A DNA stretch of 64,000 nt from Verrucomicrobiota bacterium (GCA_037975925.1 JBANFR010000002.1:4041-68040); one strand, 5' to 3'. Shown: positions 42,382 to 51,873, numbered from the stretch's first letter. Translations and numbers: made by a program. The notes: generated by a model not told the origin, from the sequence alone.

Positions 42382-43388
42382 GGCCATTCTCGGATCCAGC
42401 GCGATTGAACCTCCCGCTTCACGAAAGGCTTTCTCTTTCCCTGACCACCTGCGGTATTTCTCCCGGGGAGAGGTTGGTGGTGGGGTTTTCGGGCGGGCGG
42501 GACTCGGTGGCGCTCGTGCATTTGTTGAAGGAGGGGGGATGGCCTGATCTCGTCCTCTGCCACTTGGATCATGGTTTGAGGACCGGAAGCGCCGAGGATT
42601 GCACTTGGGCTCAGGAGTTTGCATCTGGGATGGGGCTCGGATTCCTCAGCCGCCGGGTTGATGTGGCTGCGGCGGCGTCTGCGGCGGGTGTCGGAGTGGA
42701 GGAGGCGGGCCGCGAGGCGCGGTATGCCTTTTTCTGTGAAGTAAGCCGGAGCCATCAGGGTGCGCCCCTGGTCCTCGCGCATCATGCGGACGACCAAGTC
42801 GAGACGTTCTGCTTTCGCCTGCTCCGGGGGGCAGGAACGTCCGGGTTGGGGGGGATGGCGCCGTTCAGTTTTCGCGAGGACGGGAGGGTGCGCGTGTTAC
42901 GGCCGCTCCTATCCGTGTGGAGATGGGAAATTGATGCGATGGTGCAAGATCGAGGGCTGGCTTATCGGGAGGATCCCTCCAACCGGGACTCGCGTTGGAC
43001 GCGTAATCGGATTCGCCACGAGCTTTTGCCAGAAATGGAGCGGGTCATGCAGCGTCCGGTGCGTGAGGCGATTTGGAGGGCGGCGGAGATTCTCCGGGCT
43101 GAGGCGGAATGGATGGATACCTGCGAGGGAGGGGAGACGGTCTTGGGGGAGGTCCTTGATGTCGATGCCCTTGGGAAGATGCCCCTCGCTCTTCGGCGAA
43201 GACGAGTGGCCCGCTGGTTACGGAGGCAGGGTTGTCAGGGAATCGGATTTTCGGAGGTGGAGGCGGTGTTGGGTCTGTTGGTGCGTCTCCGTCCAGCGAA
43301 GGTAAACCTGAGTGCGGGATGCTTCGTTCGCCGCAGGCAGGGGCAAATTTTTGTGGAAAAGCCGGGTTCCCAGAGAGATTGCGACTAA
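42378..43388 (+). CDS. tilS: tRNA(Ile)-lysidine synthase
   Basis: PP-loop VVGFSGGRDSVAL and LAHHADDQVETFCFRLLRG are present. The start is uncertain: the TTG at 42378 overlaps the serS stop, and there is no in-frame ATG before the PP-loop. Confidence 0.85.
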   Translation: MRPFSDPARLNLPLHERLSLSLTTCGISPGERLVVGFSGGRDSVALVHLLKEGGWPDLVLCHLDHGLRTGSAEDCTWAQEFASGMGLGFLSRRVDVAAAASAAGVGVEEAGREARYAFFCEVSRSHQGAPLVLAHHADDQVETFCFRLLRGAGTSGLGGMAPFSFREDGRVRVLRPLLSVWRWEIDAMVQDRGLAYREDPSNRDSRWTRNRIRHELLPEMERVMQRPVREAIWRAAEILRAEAEWMDTCEGGETVLGEVLDVDALGKMPLALRRRRVARWLRRQGCQGIGFSEVEAVLGLLVRLRPAKVNLSAGCFVRRRQGQIFVEKPGSQRDCD

Positions 43389-43403
43389 GGAGAAGGCTGT
43401 TGC

Positions 43404-44441
43404 ATGATGCGGCGCATGCGCCCGTCGATTGAGACCTCTGAGTTGGTGCTGGCGATTGTAGTGATTCCTTTGGCCAGCCTGGTTTGTTTTTGGGGGGGGC
43501 GATGGATGCAGCGGCGATGGGGCGTGCCGCTTGGGCTGCGGTTCAAGGTCATGGTGTGGAGCCTTTGCGCTTATTTTGCCGGGCGTATCCTCCAGACCTC
43601 TCTGGAGAAAGTGCCGGGTGCCGCAGTGATCCCGACGCTGCTAAGAATCCTTCTCGCGGCAGCCATTTTCTCCGGTGCGCTACTATGGGTGAGTCTGATT
43701 CGCAAATACTTCTGGAGCGGCTGGTTTCAGCGTGTCCAAGAGGTGCGTCCCCCCCGGTTTGTCTCCGATGTGGGAAATGCGCTGATTGTCGGAGGCGCGC
43801 TCTTGTTCATCGCACAGGGAGTGTTTGGGGTGCAGGTGATGGATCTCAAATTGGGGTCTACCGTCTCGGTGGCCATTCTGGGGTTTGCCTCCCAGGACTT
43901 GCTGTGAAACCTGCTTGCCGGGATCGCGCTGCAAATGGCGAGTCCCTTTAAGCCGGGCGATTGGTTGCAGCTGGATGGGCGTCGCCTGCAGGTCTTGGAA
44001 GTGAATTGGCGGGCGACCCGGATGCGCTCCCCGGACAACGTGCTCGTGGAGGTGCCGAACAAAACGGTGGCGGGCGGGACCATTGTGAACCTGTCTGCTC
44101 CGACTCAGGAGCGAGCCTCCTCGGTGCTGGTGGGGCTGGAGTACAGCGCGGCGCCGGAGGCGGTGAAGGCGTGTTTGAAGGCCTCGGCTGAAAGAACTCC
44201 CGGGGTGCTACTGGATCCGCCCCCACGAGTGGTCCTGAAGGATTTTGGAGAATCTGCGGTGCAGTATGAGGTCAGTTTTTGGGTAGCGAATGAAGAGACT
44301 CTCGCGGAGGCCTCCGATACACTCAGAACCCACATCTGGTATGACCTGCAAAAGTCGGGCTTCAGGACGCCCTATCCGATGAGAAAAGTGCACTGGGTTC
44401 CCGCAGACGAGAATCCCGGCCCAAAGGGTTCCGCTGTCTGA
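43404..44441 (+). pseudogene. MscS-family mechanosensitive channel interrupted by one in-frame TGA (43905-43907)
   Basis: Track ORFs 43404-43907 and 43935-44441 are in the same frame. Reading across gives ...VAILGFASQDLL*NLLAGIALQMASPFKPGDWLQLDGRRLQVLEVNWRATRMRSPDNVLVEVPN... This is the contiguous MscS TM3/beta-domain signature (Q-D-x-L-x-N-x-x-x-G...PF..GD.I). The stop falls at the variable x position. Confidence 0.7.
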
Positions 44442-44477
44442 AGGGCTTGGGGAAGGGCCGAGAGGAAGCTGATTTTT

Positions 44478-45875
44478 ATGAATTTGATCAGGCACGATAG
44501 CCGGATTCGTCTTGCTTGGGGCATTGCCTTAATTCCCCTGAATCTTTGTTTTGCGGTCGTTTTGTCTTATCGATTGCTATGGGATTATCGGGTCCATGAC
44601 TTTCTTTACTGGTCGGTTATTGGGTTTATGTGGGTGGATTTGTTTTTGGATTTTACAACCACCGTCAAAAAGAATTTGCGGGTTCTGGATGAATGGAAGG
44701 AGGTGGTGGGGCATTATTCGAGGCGTTGGTTTGTGGTGGATTTTTTGGCGGCGATGCCTTTTGAGTACATTGCCGATTGGACGCAGAGTGAGCATTGGAT
44801 TCTCTGGTTGCTTCGGATATCTCCGCTCTTAAAAACATTCAAAGTATTTACAGTCCTCCGGGACTTGCAGAGCCATCTCCAGCTCAATCCGGCCATCATG
44901 CGCTTGATGTCTTTTGGTTACTGGTTTGCGCAGATTGTTCACGCGATGTCGATTTTTTGGGTTGTGGTGGGCGGTTCTCCCCTGGAGATGGAGACAAGCC
45001 CAGCGACGAGCAAATGGGTGATGCGGGAAGGTGCTTGGGAGGAGATCAAAACCGAGGCGGAAAAGAAGGTTTTTACACACTTTGAGGTCTATCTGCGTGC
45101 CTTATACTGGACGGTGACCACGGTGGGTACAGTGGGGTATGGAGATTACAGTCCGGCCAAGGATAATAATGTTCAAATTGTGTATACCATCATTGTGGAG
45201 ATTTTGGGAGTCTCCATGTATGGGTACATTGTAGGTAATGTTTCGGGGCTTATTGCGAATTTGGATTCTGCGAAAGCAGCTTTTACGAAGCGCACAGAGG
45301 AGGTGAATGAATTTATGCGTTCAAAACAGTTGCCGCAGGAGATTCAGGCAAGAGTGCGCGATTATTACCATTATCTTTGGGAAAAGCGGCGCAATGTTTC
45401 CGATGAAGATGTCTTGCGTGAGCTGCCGAGCAGTTTAGCGGCCGATGTCCTGATTCACCTGAACCGCGAAATTTTGCGCAAGGTGGAGTTTTTTCAGAAT
45501 GCTTCGGATTTGTTTGTCCGCGAGGTGGTCAAGATGCTGGAGCCTCAGGTCTTCCTTCCGGGGGATGCGATGATCCGCCAGGGAGAGCGCGGCGATTGCA
45601 TGTATTTTCTCTCCAGCGGAACGGCCGAGGTTCAGGTGGACGGCACGGTGATTGCGCAGCTGGGAGCCGGCTCGCCTTTTGGCGAAATGGCGTTGGTTTC
45701 GGGGGAAAAACGGACTGCGAGTGTCTGCGCGTTGGACTACTGCGACGTGTACATGCTCCGGCGGGAAGCTTTTGAGCAGTTGCGGGCGCGGCACACGGAT
45801 TTTGACCAGAGGGTGCGTGCGATCGTTGCACTACGCTCCCGGGCGAACCAGGACCCCAAGCTCAATCAAGGTTGA
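44478..45875 (+). CDS. cyclic-nucleotide-gated potassium channel (6TM-type pore plus a C-terminal cNMP-binding domain)
   Basis: The K+ selectivity filter is TVTTVGTVGYGDYSP and the S4-like helix is LLRISPLLKTFKVFTVLRDL. The C-terminal cNMP-binding signature is FGEMALVSGEKRTASVCA. Confidence 0.85.
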   Translation: MNLIRHDSRIRLAWGIALIPLNLCFAVVLSYRLLWDYRVHDFLYWSVIGFMWVDLFLDFTTTVKKNLRVLDEWKEVVGHYSRRWFVVDFLAAMPFEYIADWTQSEHWILWLLRISPLLKTFKVFTVLRDLQSHLQLNPAIMRLMSFGYWFAQIVHAMSIFWVVVGGSPLEMETSPATSKWVMREGAWEEIKTEAEKKVFTHFEVYLRALYWTVTTVGTVGYGDYSPAKDNNVQIVYTIIVEILGVSMYGYIVGNVSGLIANLDSAKAAFTKRTEEVNEFMRSKQLPQEIQARVRDYYHYLWEKRRNVSDEDVLRELPSSLAADVLIHLNREILRKVEFFQNASDLFVREVVKMLEPQVFLPGDAMIRQGERGDCMYFLSSGTAEVQVDGTVIAQLGAGSPFGEMALVSGEKRTASVCALDYCDVYMLRREAFEQLRARHTDFDQRVRAIVALRSRANQDPKLNQG

Positions 45876-46012
45876 GGGAGGGTAGCTGAAGCCTCCGGGC
45901 GGTGAGTGGAGGGGGCCTGCGAGGGGGGCCTGGGTTTTCCTAAAAAAGTTTTCCCCCGGCTCCTTTCACCCGCTAAACCAAGGGTTCTTTCAACCCTTGA
46001 AGAACTCTTTGC

Positions 46013-47284
46013 ATGGCCACTTACATTGAAATGCCGAAGCTTGCTGACACGATGACGGAGGGCACCCTCCTCAAGTGGCGCAAAAACCCAGGAGATAAAG
46101 TGGCCACCGGGGACGTTCTGGCCGACGTGGAGACCGACAAGGCGACGATGGAGATTGAGAGCTTTGACGACGGGATTTTGCACGAGTGTCTGGTGAAGGC
46201 GGGCGAGAAGGTTCCGATCGGCGCACGTATTGCGCTTCTGCTGAAGAAGGGAGAGGCAGCTCCAGCCGCGGGCCAAGCAGCGCCGGCGCCAGTGGCAGCG
46301 TCCGCCGGGGCACCGGCGGTGGTGCCGGTGGGCGGTCCTGTCGCGGCGGCACCTTCAAGCCCTGCACCCGCCGCGGTTGTGGGGGCACTCGGGCGGGTCA
46401 AAGCGTCTCCGCTGGCGAAGAAACTCGCGGCGGAGAAGGGGCTCGAGATCGCGAAGCTTCAGGGCACGGGCCCGGGCGGGAGAATTATCGCGCGTGATGT
46501 GCAATCCGCGAAGGCCTCTGCGGCCGCCCAGCCCTCTCCCGCTCCGTTGGCGGTGGCAGCCGCTCCGATTGCGGCGCCGGCAGCCGGGGCTGGGGATCAG
46601 CAGATCGCGCTGAGTGGAATGCGCCGGGTCATCGCGGAGCGCCTGTTGGCCAGCAAGACTCAAATCCCGCACTTCTACCTACATGTGGAAGTCGACGCTG
46701 CGCCCATGATGAAGATGCGCGCTGAGTTGAATGCAGGAGCCGACAAAGAGGGCGCTCTGAAGCTTACGGTGAACGACTTCGTGCTGAAAGCGGTGGTCGC
46801 AGCCGCAACGAAAGTCCCGGCCGTGAATGCTTCCTTTGCGGGGGACTCGATTGTGCAGTTCGGTTCAGTGAACCTTTCGGTCGCAGTTGCGGTGGAGGAT
46901 GGCCTCGTGACGCCTGTGGTGAGGGATGCTCAAAAGAAGAGTCTCGCGGGAATCAGCGAAGCGGTGAAAGACCTCGCATCGCGAGCCCGGGCCAAGAAAT
47001 TAAAGCCCGAAGAGTACCAGGGTGGAACCATCACGGTGTCCAATCTCGGTTCTTACGGCATCGAGTTTTTTGATGCGATCATCAATCCCCCTCAGGCGAT
47101 GATTGTGAGCGTTGGCGCGATTTTGAAAAAGCCCGTGGTGGGCCCGGGGGACACCATCGTGGTGGGTCAGCGCGTCGCAATCGGTGTCAGCGCGGACCAC
47201 CGCGTGGTCGATGGTGCGGTGGCTGCGAGTTATCTCGCTGAATTAAAGCGCCTTTTGGAGACCCCGACCCTGCTGCTGCTCTAG
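46013..47284 (+). CDS. dihydrolipoamide acyltransferase (E2) of a 2-oxoacid (pyruvate-type) dehydrogenase complex
   Basis: The lipoyl domain is MPKLADTMTEGTLLKWRKNPGDKV...ETDKATMEIE. It also has an Ala/Pro linker, a subunit-binding domain (ASPLAKKLAAEKGLEI) and the catalytic DHRVVDGA motif. Confidence 0.9.
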   Translation: MATYIEMPKLADTMTEGTLLKWRKNPGDKVATGDVLADVETDKATMEIESFDDGILHECLVKAGEKVPIGARIALLLKKGEAAPAAGQAAPAPVAASAGAPAVVPVGGPVAAAPSSPAPAAVVGALGRVKASPLAKKLAAEKGLEIAKLQGTGPGGRIIARDVQSAKASAAAQPSPAPLAVAAAPIAAPAAGAGDQQIALSGMRRVIAERLLASKTQIPHFYLHVEVDAAPMMKMRAELNAGADKEGALKLTVNDFVLKAVVAAATKVPAVNASFAGDSIVQFGSVNLSVAVAVEDGLVTPVVRDAQKKSLAGISEAVKDLASRARAKKLKPEEYQGGTITVSNLGSYGIEFFDAIINPPQAMIVSVGAILKKPVVGPGDTIVVGQRVAIGVSADHRVVDGAVAASYLAELKRLLETPTLLLL

Positions 47285-47311
47285 TCGCAGCCCAGAGCGG
47301 GCTTTTGTATT

Positions 47312-49513
47312 TCAGGAGGGGAGGTTCTTCGAGGACCTCCCCTTTTTTGTTTTCCATCCGCCCGCCTTTTTCGAAGCGACCCCCGAAGCCGAACTTTTCG
47401 CTGGGGTCAATCGGTGAAGGCCGGTGCCGCTTTTGAGCTCCTGAATTTGGTCGCGCAGGAGGGCGGCACGCTCGTACTCGAGCGCGGCGGAGGCGGCGAG
47501 CATTTCCTCTTCAAGTTCGCGCAGGGTTTCACTCAGCGAAAAATCGCCGCCGCCGTTCTGGATCACTCCGGCCTCCACCTGGCTTCCTTTGAGAATGGTG
47601 TGGAGGCTCTCCTGCACCGCACGCCGCACACTCTGCGGCGTGATGCCGTGTTTTTCATTGTACGCCATCTGCCTCGATCGCCGGTATTCCGTGACGGAGA
47701 GCAAAGCCTCCATGCTGCGGGTGACCGTGTCTGCGAACAGGTAGACCTCGCCGTGGACGTGCCGCGCGGCCCTCCCAGCGGTTTGGATCAGCGAGGTTTG
47801 GGATCGCAAATACCCTTCCTTGTCCGCATCCAAAATGCACACAAGTGAAACCTCTGGAAGGTCGAGCCCCTCTCGCAACAGGTTGATCCCGACCAGAATG
47901 TCGAACTCACCCGCACGCAGGCCGCGCAGAATCTCGACGCGTTCAATCGTGTCGACGTCGCTGTGCAGATAGCGAACTCTCAGTCCGGAATCTTTCAGGT
48001 ATTCGGAGAGGTCTTCCGCAGTTCGTTTGGTCAGGGTCGTGATGAGAACGCGCTCGTTTTTTTCGATCCGCTGACGGCAAAGCTCCATGCACTCGTCAAT
48101 CTGATCGCGTAAAGGGCGGAGAGTAATTTTGGGGTCCAAGAGACCCGTGGGACGGATGATCTGCTCGACAATCAGTGGCGCGTTCGGAGTGAGCACGTCG
48201 AACTGTTCAATTGGAGCGTCCGTGCGGGAGAGGCGGACGGGCGGAGCAGACATGGCCTCGGGAGAACCAGCGGCGGGATTGGGGAGGTAGGCGGTGTTTC
48301 CGACGATGGAATTGCGGAGCTCGAAGGGCGCCGGGGTCGCGCTGATGTAAAGGGTCTGCGCCGTCATCTCCATAAATTCCGCGAAGTTCAGCGGGCGATT
48401 GTCGAGGGCACTCGGGAGACGGAAGCCGTGCTCGACGAGGGTCGTTTTTCGCACGCGGTCTCCCTCGTACATGCCACCGACTTGCGGGAGCGTGGCGTGA
48501 GATTCATCGACGACGAGCAGGTAGTCCTTGGGAAAAAAGTCCAGCAGGGTGTAGGGGCGAGATCCCGGCGGACGTCCGGTGAGGTGCCGCGAGTAGTTCT
48601 CAATCCCGCCGCAGTAGCCGAGCTCCTGCATCATTTCCAAGTCGTACTCCGTGCGCATCCGGAGCCGCTGCGCCTCAAGCAACTTGCCCTGGGTCTCGAA
48701 CCAGCGAATCCGGTCGTTGAGTTCCTCCCGGATGGAGACCATCGCTTTTTGGAGTTTGTCCTGGGGGGTGACGAACTGTTTGGCCGGGAACAGTGTCAGC
48801 ACAGTCATCGATTCGATCGAGTGACCGGTGAGTGGATCGAATCGGGTCAGACGATCGATTTCATCGCCGAAGAATTCGATTCGGAAAGCCTCTTCGTCCT
48901 CTGAGCCGGCCTGGACTTCCACGGTGTCACCGCGTACGCGAAATTTTCCGCGTCCGAATTGGATGTCGTTGCGCTCAAAGAGCATATCGACCAGCTTTGC
49001 GAGTAGGGTATCGCGGGAGAGGGTTTGCCCGAGCTTGAGCGTCAGCAGCATTTCGAGGAAATCGATTGGGGAAGCCAAGCCGTAGATGCAGGACACAGAG
49101 GCGACTACAATCACGTCGCGTCGGGTAAGGAGTGAAGAGGTGGCGGAAAGGCGGAGTCGCTCGATTTCTTCGTTAATCGAGGAGTCTTTCTCGATGTAGG
49201 TGTCGGAGGTGGGGATGTACGCCTCGGGCTGATAGTAGTCGAAGTAGGAGACGAAGTACTCGACGGCGCTGTTGGGGAAGAATTGTTTGAATTCCGAGTA
49301 GAGCTGGGCGGCGAGTGTCTTGTTGTGAGAGATGACCAGCGTCGGCTTTTCCAGTTCCCGGATCACATTTGCGGCGGTGAAGGTCTTGCCGGAGCCGGTG
49401 ACACCGAGCAGCGTTTGGTGGCGGTTTCCCGCGCGGAGGGACTTTGTGAGTTTAGCGATGGCTTGCGCTTGGTCTCCACGGGGAGAGAAGTCAGAGGCGA
49501 GCTCGAAGGACAT
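47312..49513 (-). CDS. uvrB: excinuclease ABC subunit B
   Basis: MSFELASDFSPRGDQAQAIAKL...LLGVTGSGKTF, the helicase motifs and the C-terminal UVR domain (LEYERAALLRDQIQEL) are present. A basic tail follows. Confidence 0.97.
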   Translation of the reverse strand: MSFELASDFSPRGDQAQAIAKLTKSLRAGNRHQTLLGVTGSGKTFTAANVIRELEKPTLVISHNKTLAAQLYSEFKQFFPNSAVEYFVSYFDYYQPEAYIPTSDTYIEKDSSINEEIERLRLSATSSLLTRRDVIVVASVSCIYGLASPIDFLEMLLTLKLGQTLSRDTLLAKLVDMLFERNDIQFGRGKFRVRGDTVEVQAGSEDEEAFRIEFFGDEIDRLTRFDPLTGHSIESMTVLTLFPAKQFVTPQDKLQKAMVSIREELNDRIRWFETQGKLLEAQRLRMRTEYDLEMMQELGYCGGIENYSRHLTGRPPGSRPYTLLDFFPKDYLLVVDESHATLPQVGGMYEGDRVRKTTLVEHGFRLPSALDNRPLNFAEFMEMTAQTLYISATPAPFELRNSIVGNTAYLPNPAAGSPEAMSAPPVRLSRTDAPIEQFDVLTPNAPLIVEQIIRPTGLLDPKITLRPLRDQIDECMELCRQRIEKNERVLITTLTKRTAEDLSEYLKDSGLRVRYLHSDVDTIERVEILRGLRAGEFDILVGINLLREGLDLPEVSLVCILDADKEGYLRSQTSLIQTAGRAARHVHGEVYLFADTVTRSMEALLSVTEYRRSRQMAYNEKHGITPQSVRRAVQESLHTILKGSQVEAGVIQNGGGDFSLSETLRELEEEMLAASAALEYERAALLRDQIQELKSGTGLHRLTPAKSSASGVASKKAGGWKTKKGRSSKNLPS
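47318..47348 (+). terminator. rho-independent terminator for the E2 gene, embedded in the 3' coding end of convergent uvrB
   Basis: ggggaggt / acctcccc is an 8-bp stem with a 9-nt loop, followed by T6 (47343-47348). It begins 34 nt after the E2 stop and lies inside uvrB codons for the C-terminal tail. Confidence 0.7.
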
Positions 49514-49657
49514 GCGGACACAGAGGGGGGTGGAGGGTGTTTGCGCAACAGCGAAAATGGGTTCGCCGGAGTCGGCTGTGGAATCGCGAGAGCCGAGCGT
49601 TGTTTCAGTAACCGCAGACCGACTCGCCGAGGCCGGGTCTGGAGACGGCGATGCAAA

Positions 49658-50851
49658 CTAGGGGCACAGGCTTCGCATTTGAATTTGCGTAAAATTTCTG
49701 GCCCACGAATCCGCGTCCAAGATGTCCTCCAGACTGGGGTGATCTGTCGGTTGGTGGGCTTGCATGGTGGCTTCGACGCATTGCCAAATGGCTGGGAAGC
49801 TGCATTTTCCTCCGAGGAAAGTCTCTACGGCGACCTCGTTTGCGGCGTTGAGCACCGCCGGCAGGGTGCCCCCGGCTTCACCCGCCCAGCGCGCGAGGCC
49901 GAGCGCTGGGAAATCAGCGAGTCGGGGCGGCTCGAACTCCAACTTGCCCAAACGCGCGAAGTCCAGAGGGGGGAGTCGGTTGGGAACGCGCTCAGGCCAG
50001 GTCACGGCGTACTGAATCGGGAAACACATGTCCGTGGAGGACAGCTGGGCCAGAATGGAGCTATCCACAAACTCGACCATCGAGTGCACAATGCTCTGGG
50101 GATGGACCACGACTTCCACCCGCTGCATCGGAATGTCGAACAACCAGCGGGCTTCGATCATCTCGAGTCCCTTGTTGAAAAGGGTTGCTGAGTCGATCGA
50201 GATCTTGCGGCCCATCTCCCACGTGGGATGTTTGAGGGCCTGCGCTGGCGTGACCAAGGGAAGCCGATCTGCGGGCAGGGTGCGAAAGGGCCCGCCGCTT
50301 GCCGTCAAAATGAGTCGCGATACTTCTTCGGGGCGACGCCCCTCCACGCATTGAAAGATGGCATTATGCTCGCTGTCGACGGGCAGTACCTTCACGCCTC
50401 GACGGCGGGCCGCTTCCATGACCACCGAGCCCGCCATGACGAGAATTTCCTTGGATGCGACGGCGATGTCCTTCCCCGCCTCAATCGCTGCCAGCGCGGG
50501 GCGCAATCCTGCCGTTCCCACAATCGCGATGAGAACGAGATCGGCCTCGGGCAGGGTGGCCAGAGCACAAAGTCCCTCCTCGCCCTCGAGAATTTCCGGA
50601 GCTGTGGTTCCCAATTTTTCTCGGGCTGTTGCGGCAGCATGGGAGTCAAAAAGTGCGGCAGCCACGGGGCGCCATTCGCGAACCTGGGCCACAAAAGCAT
50701 CGACACTGCGGGATGCCGCCAATCCGACCACTTGCATTCTTTCCGGAATGTCCGCGGCGACCTTCAAGGCCGATTGCCCGATGGATCCGGTGGATCCTAA
50801 GATCACGACACGACGTCGTGAATTTGAATGGGGGAGTGAGCTGGAGACCAT
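49658..50851 (-). CDS. dxr: 1-deoxy-D-xylulose-5-phosphate reductoisomerase
   Basis: RRVVILGSTGSIGQSALKV, LPVDSEHNAIFQC and HPQSIVHSMVEF are present. The ATG overlaps the cdsA stop (TAATG). Confidence 0.95.
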   Translation of the reverse strand: MVSSSLPHSNSRRRVVILGSTGSIGQSALKVAADIPERMQVVGLAASRSVDAFVAQVREWRPVAAALFDSHAAATAREKLGTTAPEILEGEEGLCALATLPEADLVLIAIVGTAGLRPALAAIEAGKDIAVASKEILVMAGSVVMEAARRRGVKVLPVDSEHNAIFQCVEGRRPEEVSRLILTASGGPFRTLPADRLPLVTPAQALKHPTWEMGRKISIDSATLFNKGLEMIEARWLFDIPMQRVEVVVHPQSIVHSMVEFVDSSILAQLSSTDMCFPIQYAVTWPERVPNRLPPLDFARLGKLEFEPPRLADFPALGLARWAGEAGGTLPAVLNAANEVAVETFLGGKCSFPAIWQCVEATMQAHQPTDHPSLEDILDADSWARNFTQIQMRSLCP

Positions 50852-51729
50852 TACGCGCCGAGGATAAGACGAAGGTAGAGGTAAAAAACCGGTCCCGTAA
50901 ACAGCAGCGAATCAATAAGATCCATCGCTCCACCAATGCCGGGAAGGAAATGCCCTGAATCCTTGGTGGTTGTGGAGCGCTTGATGATTGATTCCGCTAA
51001 ATCGCCGATAACCGCGACGACGCTCAAGAGGAGACCCAAGATAATCCCGTGCGCCGGCGAGATGAGGGCAAGCCGAGTCGGAAAGATTTTGAGCAGTGCC
51101 AGAGATCCGGCGACCGATAGGAGCAGAGCCCCGCCGAATCCCTCCCAAGTTTTTTTGGGCGAAATGTGAGGGATCATCCGGTGTTTTCCAAAAAGCGAAC
51201 CGACGAGGTAAGCTCCGCAATCGGAGAACTTGGTGACCAGGACAAGGAAGAGGAGATAGAAATGTCCGGTGATTGCGCCCGTACCGGTTTGGGGAGTGAT
51301 GTAGAGGAGCTTTGTGGTGAAAGAAGCGAGGAAGGGGATGTAGACGACTCCGAGGAGGGTGTACGCGATCGATGCTGCGGGGAGCGGTTCCGGCGCGGTC
51401 CGCGCCATCTGTCTGGCAAAGACCCACAGCACGCTGAGCGTGAGAGTCAGCGACTCGAATTGCATCGCAGCCTGGCATCCCCAACGCGAAGCGGTCCAGA
51501 GCGAGCCCAGGCAGAGTGCGGCGCCCAAGAGCATACCGGTTTTTGGAAAGTGCGGGAGTTTGGCATGGGAAAGCATGCGGAAAAACTCCCAAAGGCCACG
51601 GAGGATCAGTCCTGCCAGGAGCAGCCAAAAGCCGGGCTCGTAGGCCCAGAACATGGTCGCCGAGCAAACGCCCCACAAAATGACGGAGCTGGAGAGGCGT
51701 GAGAAAAAGACTTGGAGTGCGGGACCCAT
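50851..51729 (-). CDS. cdsA: phosphatidate cytidylyltransferase
   Basis: This multi-pass membrane protein carries the signature SDCGAYLVGSLFGKHRMIPHISPKKTWEGFGGALL...DLAESIIKR. The start is taken at ATG 51729. The track start at 51786 is GTG and remains possible. Confidence 0.85.
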   Translation of the reverse strand: MGPALQVFFSRLSSSVILWGVCSATMFWAYEPGFWLLLAGLILRGLWEFFRMLSHAKLPHFPKTGMLLGAALCLGSLWTASRWGCQAAMQFESLTLTLSVLWVFARQMARTAPEPLPAASIAYTLLGVVYIPFLASFTTKLLYITPQTGTGAITGHFYLLFLVLVTKFSDCGAYLVGSLFGKHRMIPHISPKKTWEGFGGALLLSVAGSLALLKIFPTRLALISPAHGIILGLLLSVVAVIGDLAESIIKRSTTTKDSGHFLPGIGGAMDLIDSLLFTGPVFYLYLRLILGA

Positions 51730-51873
51730 GCGGAAGTCGGGGAGGCTCCTCAAGCTGGCAGCGGAAAGCAAGCGTGCCAAGGGCACGGAGCTTCAAAGAA
51801 AGAAGGCGGCCTCACCTCAGCTTGGGAACCCGAGGTAGGCCGCCATCCCTTCAAGAGCCGCAGAGCGAGGGCT

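Noticed and set aside
43905-43907. The in-frame TGA in MscS as evidence for an alternative genetic code or selenocysteine.
   Set aside because: Numerous well-supported genes in this window end in TGA, including several ATGA-coupled junctions. I saw no SECIS-like hairpin directly downstream, and the position is not a catalytic or redox site.
43935-44441. The second MscS ORF as an independent gene starting at ATG 43935.
   Set aside because: It would begin in the middle of the conserved pore-helix/beta-domain junction (MASPFKPGDW) and would lack all TM helices. It is in frame with the upstream ORF.
45979-45999. An 8-bp perfect hairpin (caagggtt-N5-aacccttg) 14 nt upstream of the E2 start codon.
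   Set aside because: It is short, has no T-tract and no obvious sequestration of a ribosome-binding site. I cannot assign a role from the sequence alone.
50912-51796. A 294-aa alternative-frame ORF on the same strand as cdsA.
   Set aside because: The overlapping frame 50851-51786 carries the CdsA signature (SDCGAYLVGSLFGKH...KKTWEG). The alternative frame is Arg/Pro-rich with no motif.
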